Assembly: GCA_963728565.1 (NCBI GenBank)
Contig: CAVSLC010000018.1
Location: 64,001 to 128,000, forward strand
Length of the DNA: 64,000 nt
Reading direction: 5' to 3'
Origin: an uncultured delta proteobacterium
GTDB taxonomy: Bacteria; Desulfobacterota; Binatia; UBA9968
Shown: piece by piece, positions 9,766 through 19,824 of the stretch
Position numbering within the stretch: position 1 is the stretch's first letter
Layout of the letters: the number at the start of each line of letters is the position of its first letter
Notes under the pieces: model-generated
Database searches by the model: none
What the model was told of the DNA's origin: nothing
Seen by the model: the letters and a program-made list of their open reading frames with translations, nothing else
Translations under genes and position numbers: made by a program

Positions 9766-10440
9766 TCATGCATACGCGTCGTAGATGCCTTCGAATTTTG
9801 CCAGTTTGAAACGGACCATGTTACGCGCCGCGGCGCGGACCATCTCTTTGTCCCGGTCAGTGTTGGCATTGCGGGCGATGCTTTCGGAAGCCATGGCGGT
9901 GTGCTCTTGATCGACTTTGCTATGGACGATGAAGAATGTTCGGGCGCGGCTATCAAAACCGTAGTGCTTCTCCAAGTAGGTGTCGAATTCGCCGGAATAG
10001 CGGCAAACCATGGTTTCATTCACCAGCGCGCCGGCGCGGCTTTCGGCTTGGGTTCCTAAAAACATGCCCCGAATCACCGCCGCGGTGTGCGCCACGCATT
10101 CAAAGATCAACAGCTCTCTGTCAAAATCTTCATCGGTCAATCCAATGGCCAAACCGAACCGTTTCATCAAGCCCGGATGCGACTGCTCTTCGGTAAACAG
10201 CTCCTGAAATTGGTTGTAGAGCGGCGGGTTATTGGCGTTTCTCACCATGCAGAACGCCAGGCCCTTATTGATCGCGTGATTGCAATGATAGTGCTGTAGC
10301 GCGAAGCCTTTGAGCCGCTTCTGCGATAACTTGCCTTGCCTTAACTCGGTGAAGAAACGGTTATTGAGTAGCTGATCGACGCCTGGCTCAACGATTTCTT
10401 GGATAATAGAATCGACAAATTGGTTTTCCATGATCACCAT
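9766..10440 (-). CDS. Heme-oxygenase-like helical protein (TenA/PqqC/CADD-like, probable diiron enzyme)
   Basis: FFTELRQGKLS start, EEQSH, NETM and FFIVHSKVDQEH spaced like heme-oxygenase-like diiron ligands. Confidence 0.75.
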   Translation of the reverse strand: MVIMENQFVDSIIQEIVEPGVDQLLNNRFFTELRQGKLSQKRLKGFALQHYHCNHAINKGLAFCMVRNANNPPLYNQFQELFTEEQSHPGLMKRFGLAIGLTDEDFDRELLIFECVAHTAAVIRGMFLGTQAESRAGALVNETMVCRYSGEFDTYLEKHYGFDSRARTFFIVHSKVDQEHTAMASESIARNANTDRDKEMVRAAARNMVRFKLAKFEGIYDAYA

Positions 10441-10533
10441 CCTGAAGGAAAAGAATCATCGGCAGCCGAACACTCTCAAAGCAATCATAAAGTGTCAAGC
10501 GACTCAACGGGTGCGGCTGAGAGGGAAGTTCGG

Positions 10534-11250
10534 TCAAATTCCTAGATGCTGCTGCAGCAGTTCCGGCCGATTGCGTAATTCGCTGCCGGCGCCTTCAAAA
10601 ACAACCCGGCCTTTGACCAGGATAATGTTCCGATCGGTGAGAGCCGAAACGGCGCCGAAGTTTTTGTCAACGATGATGGCAGCGATCCCACTTTCGCGAA
10701 CAGTGCGGATGATGCGCCAAATTTCCTGGGCAATCAGGGGCGCGAGGCCTTCAGTGGCCTCATCGAGCACCAGCAATGTTGGATTGGTCATCAGGGCGCG
10801 GCCAATGCAAAGCATTTGTTGCTCGCCGCCGGAAAGCTGTTGTCCACCCTGTGACAAGCGCTCGCCTAGCCGGGGAAAAGTTTGCAGCACCCGCTCGTAG
10901 GTCCAGTCACACTGCCCATTCGGTCCGGGTCGCGCCATCATGAGCAGATTTTCGCGAACCGAGAGATTCGGGAAAATGCCGCGTCCCTCGGGAACGTAAG
11001 CGATGCCTTGGCGCGCGATCAGGTAGGGCGGCGCCTGAGTCATGACACGGCCGTTGATCTTAATCGCGCCATGGCGTGGCGCGATCTGACCAACCAGAGT
11101 GCGAATCAGCGTGGTCTTGCCCATGCCATTGCGTCCCATGAGACCAATGGCTTCGCCGCGGCGCACTATCAAGTTAATGCCGTGAAGAATATGGCTGGCG
11201 CCGTAATAGGTGTGCAGGCCTTCGGCCTCGATGATCGGGCAAGCCGTCAT
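10534..11250 (-). CDS. livF: Liv-type ABC transporter ATP-binding subunit (LivF-like)
   Basis: GRNGMGKTT, VPEGRGIF, LSGGEQQML. Confidence 0.92.
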   Translation of the reverse strand: MTACPIIEAEGLHTYYGASHILHGINLIVRRGEAIGLMGRNGMGKTTLIRTLVGQIAPRHGAIKINGRVMTQAPPYLIARQGIAYVPEGRGIFPNLSVRENLLMMARPGPNGQCDWTYERVLQTFPRLGERLSQGGQQLSGGEQQMLCIGRALMTNPTLLVLDEATEGLAPLIAQEIWRIIRTVRESGIAAIIVDKNFGAVSALTDRNIILVKGRVVFEGAGSELRNRPELLQQHLGI

Positions 11251-12005
11251 GAGTGTTCGTTGAACTTACCCAAGTACGCGCGTTGGACTTGCTCATCGGC
11301 CCGAACTTCATCCGGCTTGCCGGAAGCGAGAACCCTGCCGTCGACCATAACCGTGAGCACCCGAGCCAGTTGAAAGACCGCATCCATGTCGTGTTCCACC
11401 AAAAGAATAGCGTGCGTCTGCGCCATGCGACCGATCAGCTCGACCATTTTCGAAGACTCTTCGATACCGAGACCCGCCAACGGTTCGTCCAGCAGCAATA
11501 GTTTGGGCTGGGTGGCCAGCGACATGGCGATTTCGAGCTGGCGCTGCTCGCCATGACTGAGAGTGAAGGCTAGGGTCTCAGCGCGATTTGCCAGGCCGAC
11601 ATCTGCGAGCGTGGATCGGGCCGTGGCTACGATCACATCGTAGGAGCCTGCCTCGCGCAGCCAGTTCCATGGACGTGGATCGCGCGCCTGCGCTGCCAAG
11701 CGGCAGTTCTCCAGCGCGCTAAAGGCGGCAAAAATGTTTACCTTCTGATAGCTTCTGCCTATCCCTAAACGCGAGCGGCGCTCCGGTGAAAGATGCGCCA
11801 CTTCCTCGCCGCCGAAGCGAATGCTGCCGGCGCTGGGCGATAGATCGCCCGACAGCATGTTAATCAGTGTGGTTTTACCGGCGCCGTTAGGTCCGATAAC
11901 CGCGTGCAGTTCGCCGACATTGACGTCCAGTGAAACCTCGTCGACCGCTGCAAGGCCGCCGAATGTTTTGGCTAATCGGCGCACCTGCAGAATCGGCTCA
12001 ATCAT
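11247..12005 (-). CDS. livG: Liv-type ABC transporter ATP-binding subunit (LivG-like)
   Basis: FGGLAAV, GPNGAGKTT, VEHDMD, C-terminal AYLG. Confidence 0.92.
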   Translation of the reverse strand: MIEPILQVRRLAKTFGGLAAVDEVSLDVNVGELHAVIGPNGAGKTTLINMLSGDLSPSAGSIRFGGEEVAHLSPERRSRLGIGRSYQKVNIFAAFSALENCRLAAQARDPRPWNWLREAGSYDVIVATARSTLADVGLANRAETLAFTLSHGEQRQLEIAMSLATQPKLLLLDEPLAGLGIEESSKMVELIGRMAQTHAILLVEHDMDAVFQLARVLTVMVDGRVLASGKPDEVRADEQVQRAYLGKFNEHS

Positions 12006-13005
12006 CGAGGGCCTCTTCCACCCGCGCCGGCTTAGTTGAGCGGATGCGCGACGACAGATCGAGAATCCCGGCCAGCCCGTGCGGGAAAGCCAGGACGATT
12101 AACACGATCAAGCTTCCCATCGCCAGCTGCCAGTGTTTGGCGTACGAACCAAGCAGCAACGGCGTCGACAGAATTTCTTGCAGCAAGGTATACGCCAACG
12201 CGCCGAGCACCGCGCCGTGAAGTTTGCCCAAGCCGCCCAGGATCACCATCATCAACACGCCGGCCGAATGATGCCAGGCGAGAATCTCGGGATTGACGAA
12301 ACCAAACTGGCACGCCGCGAGATAACCGGCGACTCCCGCAATCGCGCCGCCGAGCACGAAAGCGCCGAGCTTGTAGCTCGATACCGGATAGCCGATAGAG
12401 CGCATTCGGTGCTCGTTGGCTTTGATGCCCGCGAGGGCGCGCCCGAACGGAGCATGAAGCACTTTACTCAACAAAGCATAAACACCCACCATGATCAGAA
12501 GCACGAAGTAATAAAATTGCACCGGGCTTTCCAGATCGAAAGCTCGGATGCCGGCTACTGCCAGTTCCGGCCGCACGTATATGTAAATCCCGTCAGAGCC
12601 GCCGCCCAGATTGGTGTCGTGAAAAATAGAATAGAGCATTTGCGCGAAGGCAAGCGTCACCATGATGAAATAGACACCGGTGGTTCGCACCACAAGAAAA
12701 CCGATCACCAGCGCCGCCAGAGCGGTGATTCCAACCGCCACAGGCAAGGTCAACCAGAGATTGGCTGCTTGATATTGGGGTGAAATCAATGCCAGCACAT
12801 ATGCCGCCAACCCGAAATAAGCTGCGTGTCCCAGGCTCACCAGACCGGTATGGCCGACGAGAAAATCCAGGCTCAAGGCAAAGATCGCCATGATCATGAT
12901 CTTAGCGCCGAGCTGAACGTAGAATGTCGAGCCCACTAGCGGGACAATGGCGATCGCCGCGGCGGCGATGAGCAAGACCGATCGCGGCAGAGTGATAGGG
13001 CTCAT
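11998..13005 (-). CDS. livM: Liv-type ABC transporter permease (LivM-like)
   Basis: GLVSLGHAAYFG, GVYFIMVTLAF, VILGGLG. Confidence 0.92.
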   Translation of the reverse strand: MSPITLPRSVLLIAAAAIAIVPLVGSTFYVQLGAKIMIMAIFALSLDFLVGHTGLVSLGHAAYFGLAAYVLALISPQYQAANLWLTLPVAVGITALAALVIGFLVVRTTGVYFIMVTLAFAQMLYSIFHDTNLGGGSDGIYIYVRPELAVAGIRAFDLESPVQFYYFVLLIMVGVYALLSKVLHAPFGRALAGIKANEHRMRSIGYPVSSYKLGAFVLGGAIAGVAGYLAACQFGFVNPEILAWHHSAGVLMMVILGGLGKLHGAVLGALAYTLLQEILSTPLLLGSYAKHWQLAMGSLIVLIVLAFPHGLAGILDLSSRIRSTKPARVEEALDD

Positions 13006-13009
13006 CGCC

Positions 13010-13870
13010 TCAAGCTCTACCGGCGATTCCTTGGGGCCGCCATAACAGAATCGTCGCCATCAGCAAATAAACTGCGAATGCGGAATATTCCGGCGCCATT
13101 ACTTTGCCGAGGGTATCGGCCAGGCCAATCGCCAAAGCGGCGATCATTGCGCCGTTGATCGAACCGATGCCGCCGATGATCACGACTACGAAACAAATGA
13201 TCACGATGTGATTGCCCATGCCGGGAGACACCGAGGCAATCGGCGCCGAGATCGTTCCGGCAAAACCGGCGAGCGCGACGCCAAATGCGAAGACCAACGC
13301 AAACAGCAGCGCAATGTTGACCCCGAGCGAAGCGGCCATTTCGCGATTGCTGGTGGCGGCCCGAATCATCATGCCGATGCGGGTCTTATGGATGATGAAG
13401 TACATGGTAAGAGCAATGGTGATGCAAACGGCCGTGACGAACAAGCGGTAAACCGGATAGGAGAGAGTCTCCGTGAGAGGAATCGAAAAATCGAGCAGCG
13501 GCGGCACCGGAACGCCATGCACGTCGTCGCCGAACAGAATACTGCGCAGTTCTTCAAACACCAGGATCAAGCCGAACGTGAGCAATACCTGATAGAGGTG
13601 GTCCCGCTTGTACAGCCGGCTGAAGATGGTTGTCTCAAGCAGCAGACCAATCGAAAAAGCGATGATAATACTGAGCGGAATGGCCAACCAGAGACTGCCC
13701 GTCGTCCTAGCCAGCCAATAAGCCAGATAGGCACCGATCATATAAAAGCTGCCGTGGGCTAGATTGATGACACCCATAATCCCAAAGATCAGGGTCAAAC
13801 CGCTCGCAAGTAAAAACAATAGCAGACCGTACTGGATGCCGTTTAGAAGTTGGATCAAATAAAACATCAT
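13010..13870 (-). CDS. livH: Liv-type ABC transporter permease (LivH-like)
   Basis: QLLNG, GLTLIFGIMGVINLAHGSFYM, VIIGGIGS; start trimmed because the ORF-track extension reads through a repeat element. Confidence 0.9.
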   Translation of the reverse strand: MMFYLIQLLNGIQYGLLLFLLASGLTLIFGIMGVINLAHGSFYMIGAYLAYWLARTTGSLWLAIPLSIIIAFSIGLLLETTIFSRLYKRDHLYQVLLTFGLILVFEELRSILFGDDVHGVPVPPLLDFSIPLTETLSYPVYRLFVTAVCITIALTMYFIIHKTRIGMMIRAATSNREMAASLGVNIALLFALVFAFGVALAGFAGTISAPIASVSPGMGNHIVIICFVVVIIGGIGSINGAMIAALAIGLADTLGKVMAPEYSAFAVYLLMATILLWRPQGIAGRA

Positions 13871-13876
13871 CAAGAT

Positions 13877-14014
13877 GTTCAAACGTTCAAGCAGTTCAAA
13901 ACGTTCAAGAGGCGCCGCCCAAGTTCGTGTCCGTGCTTTATCCAAAAGTTTTGTGTATCGCTTTGCGATTCCGATTACGGCTTGAACGGCTTGAACCATT
14001 TGAACGTTTTGAAC
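13877..14014. repeat. Inverted pair of short tandem GTTCAA/TTGAAC arrays (~9-bp period)
   Basis: GTTCAAACGTTCAAGCAGTTCAAAACGTTCAAG (13877-13909) and CTTGAACGGCTTGAACCATTTGAACGTTTTGAAC (13981-14014); degenerate one-sided copy at ~8515-8552. Confidence 0.75.
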
Positions 14015-14043
14015 TCCGCCACAGCCGGAGACCGGTGGCGCTC

Positions 14044-15234
14044 TTACATCTTACATCCCCGCGCCGGATCGGCGAGCGCTTTATGGGCGATGCTAACCAT
14101 TTTGTTTTCGCGACCGACTACTCTGCGCAAGTAGATGTCTTGTACAGGATTGTGTGCTTTCGACATCGTCCAGGGTCCGCGCGGGCTGTCGATCTTGGCT
14201 TTTTCCATAGCCGCGATCATTTCTTTCTTTTTGGTGACGTCGCCCTTCACTGCATCCAGTCCGATGTTGAGGAGAAGACCGGCGTCATAGCCTTGCACCG
14301 CGTAGACGTCGGGCTCGCTCTTGTATGCTTTGTTATATGCCGCGCGGAACTCGCGATCGCGCTTGGTGTTCAGGCCATCGGCATAGTGGAGCGTGGTTTC
14401 CAGGCCTTCGGCGGCTTTATCCACGGCATCGAGCACGCCGTCGGTCAGAAAGCCCGAACCGAAGAGCGGGATCTGCCTGCGCAGCCCGGCCGCGTTATAG
14501 TCTTTGATGAACTTTGCCGCGCCGGCGCCGGCAAAAAATACGAACACCGCGTCCGGTTTGATCGAAGCGATTTCGGTGAGCAATGCTTGAAATTCCACAT
14601 TGGGAAACGGAATCCAAAGTCCACGAACCGATTTGCCGCCGGCTTTGATAAAGCCTTCATTAAATCCGGCCACGGCTTCCTGTCCAGCGCCGTATTTCCA
14701 AGCCAGAGTCACAATATTGTTCATGCCGCGGTCGGCAAGCACTTTGCCCATCGGATAGGACGGCTGCCAATTGGAAAACGAAGTTCGAAAGATATTCGGC
14801 GCGCACAGCGCTCCTGTAGCGGCGTCGAGGCCGGCATTGGGAATGATCATTAAGGTATTGCTTTCTTTCGCAACTTTGACCATGCCCATCTGCACGCCGC
14901 TATGAACTGTGCCGACCAGCACGTCGACCTTGTCGCGCTGCACCAGCCTATTGGCGTTCTCCGGCGCTTTAGCCGGTTCGGATTCATCATCGACGGAAAA
15001 GTATTCCAGTTCGCGGCCGGCGAGTTTGCCGCCGCGCTCCGCCACCGCGAGTTTGAAGCCGTTGGTTATGGCGGTGCCCAGTTGGGCGTAAGTGCCGGTG
15101 TAAGGGAGCATGAGGCCAATGCGTAGCTTCGAGGTCTGTGCGAGTGCCGGCGGATTCGGCAGCAATGCGCTTGCCGTGAGCAGGCCAGCTTTGACAAGAA
15201 ATTGCCGGCGGCTCGAGTTTAGATCGATGTTCAT
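14044..15234 (-). CDS. Liv-type ABC substrate-binding protein, probably for aromatic acids; Tat signal
   Basis: SSRRQFL Tat motif, IGLMLPYTGTYA, GTVHSGV, NIFRTSF, IDSPRG; directly downstream of benzoate-CoA ligase. Confidence 0.88.
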   Translation of the reverse strand: MNIDLNSSRRQFLVKAGLLTASALLPNPPALAQTSKLRIGLMLPYTGTYAQLGTAITNGFKLAVAERGGKLAGRELEYFSVDDESEPAKAPENANRLVQRDKVDVLVGTVHSGVQMGMVKVAKESNTLMIIPNAGLDAATGALCAPNIFRTSFSNWQPSYPMGKVLADRGMNNIVTLAWKYGAGQEAVAGFNEGFIKAGGKSVRGLWIPFPNVEFQALLTEIASIKPDAVFVFFAGAGAAKFIKDYNAAGLRRQIPLFGSGFLTDGVLDAVDKAAEGLETTLHYADGLNTKRDREFRAAYNKAYKSEPDVYAVQGYDAGLLLNIGLDAVKGDVTKKKEMIAAMEKAKIDSPRGPWTMSKAHNPVQDIYLRRVVGRENKMVSIAHKALADPARGCKM

Positions 15235-15271
15235 GATTGCCTCCGTGGAGTCCTAAAAGGTTCAGCGCGGG

Positions 15272-16851
15272 TCATGGCCCTAGTGGTTCTCGCAGTTTGA
15301 ACCGTTGGATTTTGCCGGTAGCGGTTTTTGGCAGCTCGGGCACGAACTCGATCCAGCGGGGATAATTATGCGGCGCCAGATGCGTTTTTACGTGTTGCTG
15401 CAGTTCAACGGTAAGCTCCGTGGTCGGCAATATCTCAGCACGGAGTACCACGAATGCTTTGGGTTTGATCAGCCCGTTACCGTCCTCGTGGCCAACCACA
15501 GCGGCTTCCAGCACCGCTTCGTGCGAGACCAGCACTGCTTCGACCTCGAAAGGGGAGACCCAAATGCCGCTGACCTTGAGCATGTCGTCAGCACGACCAC
15601 AATAGGTAAAAAAACCGTCGTTCGCTTTCGATGTATTTATCGCCGCTCCTGGTCCACGCGCCGAGAAATGTGTTGCGGCTCTTCTCGCGATTGTTCCAGT
15701 AGTACGCGGCGCTGCTGGGGCCGCTGACCTGCAATTCGCCGATCTCACCTGTGGCCACCTTGTTGCCGTCCTCATCGAGCAGCCGCACCTCATAACCCGG
15801 AACCGGTTTACCGGAAGTCCCGTAGCGCACGTCGCCCGGTCTATTGGATAAAAAGATATGAAGCATTTCGGTGGAACCAAGGCCATCGAGAATGTCTACT
15901 CCGGTATGTTCGAGCCACTTCCGGCCGACGTTTGGCGGCAAGGCTTCGCCGGCCGACGTGCAACGTCGCAGGTTAAGCTCCGCGCGGTTGGGCAGCTCCG
16001 AACTCGCCAGAAGCGCGCCATAGAGAGTCGGCACGCCATAAAAGATTGTTGGCCGGTGCTGGCGCAGAATCCGGCAAACCGCAGCAGGTGTCGGCCGCTC
16101 TCCTAGCAAAACCGTGGTCGCGCCCACTGAAAGCGGAAAACTCAGCCCATTGCCAAGACCGTAAGCGAAAAACAATTTCGCCGCCGAGAATACAACATCG
16201 CTCTCCTCTATTCCCAGGATTGGTTTGGCGTAGAGCTCTGTGGTTGCAACCATACTGGTCTGAACGTGGACCGTGCCTTTCGGCGTACCTGTGGAGCCAG
16301 AAGAGTAAAGCCAAAAGCAGGCATCGTCGGGCCGGGTCGGCGCGACGGTAAACTCGTTCTTCGCGCGTGCCATCAACTCTGCAAGCCGCGGCTCGCCGGA
16401 AGCGCTCGGGCCGGAGACCACAACATGGCTCAGGAACGGCTGTCCTGCCAGTATCGGTTTGAATACCGGTAGTAATGACGTCCGATACCACCAGGATGCG
16501 AGCGCGGCTGTCGCGCAGCATGAAGTCGTAATCGCCGCTGGTTAACAGCGTGTTCACCGCGACTGGAACGAGGCCCGCCTTGATGGCGCCAAGAAACACG
16601 CTTGGGAAATCCATCGTATCGCTCAGACAGACCATGACACGCGACTCCAACGTCGCGCCCAGCTCACAAAGGGCATGGGCGCAGCGATTTACGCGCTCTG
16701 CGAGCTCGCTAAAGGTGTAACGGCCGTTGTCGTCGATGTAGGCGATTTTTTCAGGGCGCACAGCGAGGTTGCGTTCAATCAAGTCGGCTGCGGCATTGTA
16801 GTAATGCATGTGATGACGAGCCGATCCCGACCCATGTGAATTCTCAGCCAT
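15272..16851 (-). pseudogene. Benzoate-CoA ligase family, split by two +1 frameshifts (~16478 and ~15621); pseudogene or sequencing error
   Basis: YNAAADLIERN; FWLYSSGSTGTPKG, AAKLFFAYGLGN, SAGEALP, ILDGLGSTE; GRADDMLKVSGIWVSPFEVE, LPKTATGKIQRFKLR across three frames. Confidence 0.85.
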
Positions 16852-17106
16852 CGTCAGTTCCTCGCAATCCGGATTGTTCGGCTAACGCTCATAGCTTGCC
16901 AGCCATGGCTAGCATCATTTTTTACTATGGAAGGGCGGCAACCATCAAGACGGCTGTTGCCAGGTTGGAAATTCCCCGAATGTGGGCGCGCGACATCGCG
17001 CAATGATGAACAAAGATGCGCGATGACCTGCTCCGATAGCATGCCAATCAAACGTGCATGATCTTTGGGATCGCGCACTTCGTTCCTGAACGCGATTAAT
17101 GGTTCT

Positions 17107-17814
17107 CTACCCGATCAAATGCCGGCTAAAAAATTCCATGGCTTTGGGCCATGCCAAAGCCGCTGCGTGAGGCCGGTAGTTGGCGGAACCGGCGTTGGCA
17201 AAGGCGTGAGCGGCGCCGGCGTAGGTGTGAAACTCGTGCGGCTTATTCCAGCGTGTGAGTTCGGCTTCGAGCTTGCGCATGTCGTCGGGTGATGGGTTCT
17301 GATCATCCGCGCCGAAGTGTCCTTGAATCGGACAGCTGATTTCGCGGGTGCGATCAAATGGCGAGGGACCCTCGCCCAACGGCGTCATCGTGCTGCTGCC
17401 GTAAAACATCACAGCGGCTTTGAGCTCGCGAGTCGCCGCCGACATCAGATAAACGATTCGTCCGCCCATGCAAAAACCGACAATGCCTAAGCGCGCGCCG
17501 TCGACCTGGCGGTGGTTCTTCAAAAACTGCAGCGCGCCGGTAATATCCGCGATGATATTGGGATCGCGCACTCTCGATTTTTTGGTCATGTTATCGTCTT
17601 TGCAATCCGGACCATCGCGATGGTACAGGTCCGGCGCAATCGCGGCATAACCCTGTAGCGCCAGCATGTGCGTCGTTTCTTTGATGAAATTTTCCAATCC
17701 CGACTGTCCGTGGACGACGACGATGCCGGGCACCGGGCCGCCCCGTTCCGGCACGCTAAGATAGAGCGGCATTGTGCTGTTCTCGACGGTAGTACTTTCC
17801 CATAAGCTGGTCAT
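17107..17814 (-). CDS. Dienelactone hydrolase family protein
   Basis: APDLYHR, GFCMGG nucleophile, AAHAF. Confidence 0.92.
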   Translation of the reverse strand: MTSLWESTTVENSTMPLYLSVPERGGPVPGIVVVHGQSGLENFIKETTHMLALQGYAAIAPDLYHRDGPDCKDDNMTKKSRVRDPNIIADITGALQFLKNHRQVDGARLGIVGFCMGGRIVYLMSAATRELKAAVMFYGSSTMTPLGEGPSPFDRTREISCPIQGHFGADDQNPSPDDMRKLEAELTRWNKPHEFHTYAGAAHAFANAGSANYRPHAAALAWPKAMEFFSRHLIG

Positions 17815-17999
17815 GGCTCACCTCCGCTGTTCGTGGCAATCAAAGCCCGATGTGGCGATTATCTGGTTGTTGATTGTCGTCGAGTAAGCGCTTTCCTCCA
17901 TAGTGCAGCGCTCCATACCTGTCAAGCCAGATTGTCAATCCTTGCGGAGTGCTGCGCCTGTAAGTTAGAATCGAACACTTTCTAAGAGGGAGATTAATA

Positions 18000-18383
18000 A
18001 TGGACTTTGTCAACCTGGGCGAAAAACAATCCGAAGCGTGCGAAAACAAGAAGAGAAAGATCGACCTTTTCGGAGCCGATAATTTCCGCTCCTGGATGCT
18101 CTACTTCGTTCCGGGAGACGGAACGGACATGCATTATCATGCCAGCCCCGAGACTTTTCTCGTGCTCGAAGGATCGGGCACGGTCAAGGGCATCAAAGGC
18201 GACGAACGACCAGTGAAGAAACACGACGTGCTGTTTCTTGGCGCAAAGGATTATTACCAGATTACAAACACTGGAACCGAGCCTCTGGTGCTGTTTGGCA
18301 ATCGCTCTGAAGCGTTCGGCGGCGCGCACATTCTTGCCGACGGCAAGGATAGAAACCAAGCCGAACATCGGTCGAGCGACTAG
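18000..18383 (+). CDS. Cupin domain protein
   Basis: MHYHASPETFLVLEGSG cupin motif 1, YQITNTGTEPL; RBS GAGGG. Confidence 0.85.
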   Translation: MDFVNLGEKQSEACENKKRKIDLFGADNFRSWMLYFVPGDGTDMHYHASPETFLVLEGSGTVKGIKGDERPVKKHDVLFLGAKDYYQITNTGTEPLVLFGNRSEAFGGAHILADGKDRNQAEHRSSD

Positions 18384-18404
18384 TTTCGCGCGACCTAGGC
18401 TCAA

Positions 18405-18433
18405 TTGACAAGCCCGGTGTCGGTGATTACTTT
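18405..18433 (+). promoter_or_regulatory. sigma-70-type promoter
   Basis: TTGACA-17 nt-TACTTT upstream of the FmdB gene. Confidence 0.55.
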
Positions 18434-18464
18434 AGCTTTTAACTATCGCGATTGAGGAATCAGC

Positions 18465-18788
18465 ATGCCCATCTATGAATATGAGTGTCAGAAATGTGGA
18501 ACTTTTGAAATGACGCAGAGAATTACCGACGAACCATTATCCAAGTGTCCGACCTGTAAGGGAAAGGTGAAGAAGTTGATCTCAAACACATCGTTTCAGC
18601 TCAAGGGCACGGGCTGGTACATCACCGATTACGCGCGCAAGGGTAAAGATGCCCCTAAGACCGAGAACGGCGCAAGTTCGTCATCTTCAGAATCCAAAAA
18701 CGAGAGCAAGGAAACGAAAACCGAGACCAAGAAAGAGTCTGCTCCAGCTAAATCCGAGTCTTCGTCAACTTCCACGACTAGCACCTGA
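18465..18788 (+). CDS. FmdB family zinc-ribbon protein
   Basis: [12 protein letters not shown]...CPTC...[13 protein letters not shown] with Ser/Lys-rich tail. Confidence 0.93.
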   Translation: MPIYEYECQKCGTFEMTQRITDEPLSKCPTCKGKVKKLISNTSFQLKGTGWYITDYARKGKDAPKTENGASSSSSESKNESKETKTETKKESAPAKSESSSTSTTST

Positions 18789-18821
18789 CGCTACGATTCG
18801 CTCGATCGAGTAAGTTTCACC

Positions 18822-18853
18822 AACGCCGCGCTGATCATCAGCGCGGCGTTTTA
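18822..18853 (+). terminator. Probable intrinsic terminator
   Basis: AACGCCGCGCTGAT / ATCAGCGCGGCGTT dyad ending in a short T run. Confidence 0.65.
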
Positions 18854-19020
18854 GCTTCTGTGAACTGTTTGAATCTGTTGATCTGTGCCGGTGCCTGACT
18901 GCCGTCGTTTCGGCGCTCAATTATTTATTTCTTCCAAACAAAGTCATCCCTTCGCTGGATTTGTGAGTTGATTTTGGCTATAGCTGGGCCATTCATCACA
19001 CTCGAAAGGAGAGAATTAAG

Positions 19021-19755
19021 ATGGCTCAGACCATAGACAATATCGTTGACCCGAATGATTCCAGCCTCACGTCGGAGATGGTGCAGTTTCCTGGCAATGC
19101 GGGAACCGTCAGCGCCTATGTTTCGCGACCCAAGGATGGCAAGAACTTGGGAACGGTTATGGTGATTCATGAGAACCGAGGGCTGGTCGGTCACATCAAA
19201 GACGTTGCTCGACATTTCGCCAAGGAAGGCTTTGCGGCGATAGCGGTGGACTGTATGGGTCGCATCGGCGGTAGCGATCAATACAATGGCAGCGACGAGG
19301 CCACCGAAGCCATCAAAAAAGTAAACGGTGGTATGGTCGCGGAGGATCTGACCGCGGCTCTTAATTACATGAAGAAGCAGAGCTATGTGAACGGCAAGGT
19401 AGGCGTCGTTGGTTACTGCTGGGGTGGCGGTCAATCGCTAAATTTTGCTACCAAGAATAAGGATCTCAACGCCGCGGTGGTTTACTATGGACGCAATCCG
19501 GATCCGCTCGATTCAGTGGCAAATATTCCCTGTCCGGTGATGGGCAATTACGCTGAAGATGACCCGAACATCATGCCGGGCGTTGAACCGTTGAAAGCCG
19601 CGATGCAGAAGGCGGGAAAGTCATTCGATGTGAAGACTTACCCCGGGGCGAAACATGCGTTCAATAATAACACCAACGCTGATCGCTATAATCCGGAAGC
19701 GGCCAAGGATGCCTGGGCAAGAACAGTCAATTTTTTCAAGAAGAACCTGGCTTAA
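19021..19755 (+). CDS. Dienelactone hydrolase family protein
   Basis: IHENRGL, GYCWGG, YPGAKHAF, AAKDAW. Confidence 0.93.
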   Translation: MAQTIDNIVDPNDSSLTSEMVQFPGNAGTVSAYVSRPKDGKNLGTVMVIHENRGLVGHIKDVARHFAKEGFAAIAVDCMGRIGGSDQYNGSDEATEAIKKVNGGMVAEDLTAALNYMKKQSYVNGKVGVVGYCWGGGQSLNFATKNKDLNAAVVYYGRNPDPLDSVANIPCPVMGNYAEDDPNIMPGVEPLKAAMQKAGKSFDVKTYPGAKHAFNNNTNADRYNPEAAKDAWARTVNFFKKNLA

Positions 19756-19780
19756 TCGACCGGACGTAAGCTGATAAACC

Positions 19781-19824
19781 GGCACGTGGCCGCCATCCCA
19801 AAGATGGTGGTTGCGTGCCTTTTT
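19781..19824 (+). terminator. Probable intrinsic terminator
   Basis: GGCACGTGGCCGCCATC...GATGGTGGTTGCGTGCC stem (with G-U pairs) followed by TTTTT. Confidence 0.65.

Noticed and set aside
13871-13999. N-terminal extension of LivH in the ORF track
   Set aside because: It is the translation of the GTTCAA repeat element
13877-14014. Possible CRISPR array
   Set aside because: Units are ~9 bp with no spacers, and there are no cas genes
15600-16490. Programmed frameshifting in the ligase
   Set aside because: No slippery heptamer or stimulatory structure; two independent shifts would be needed
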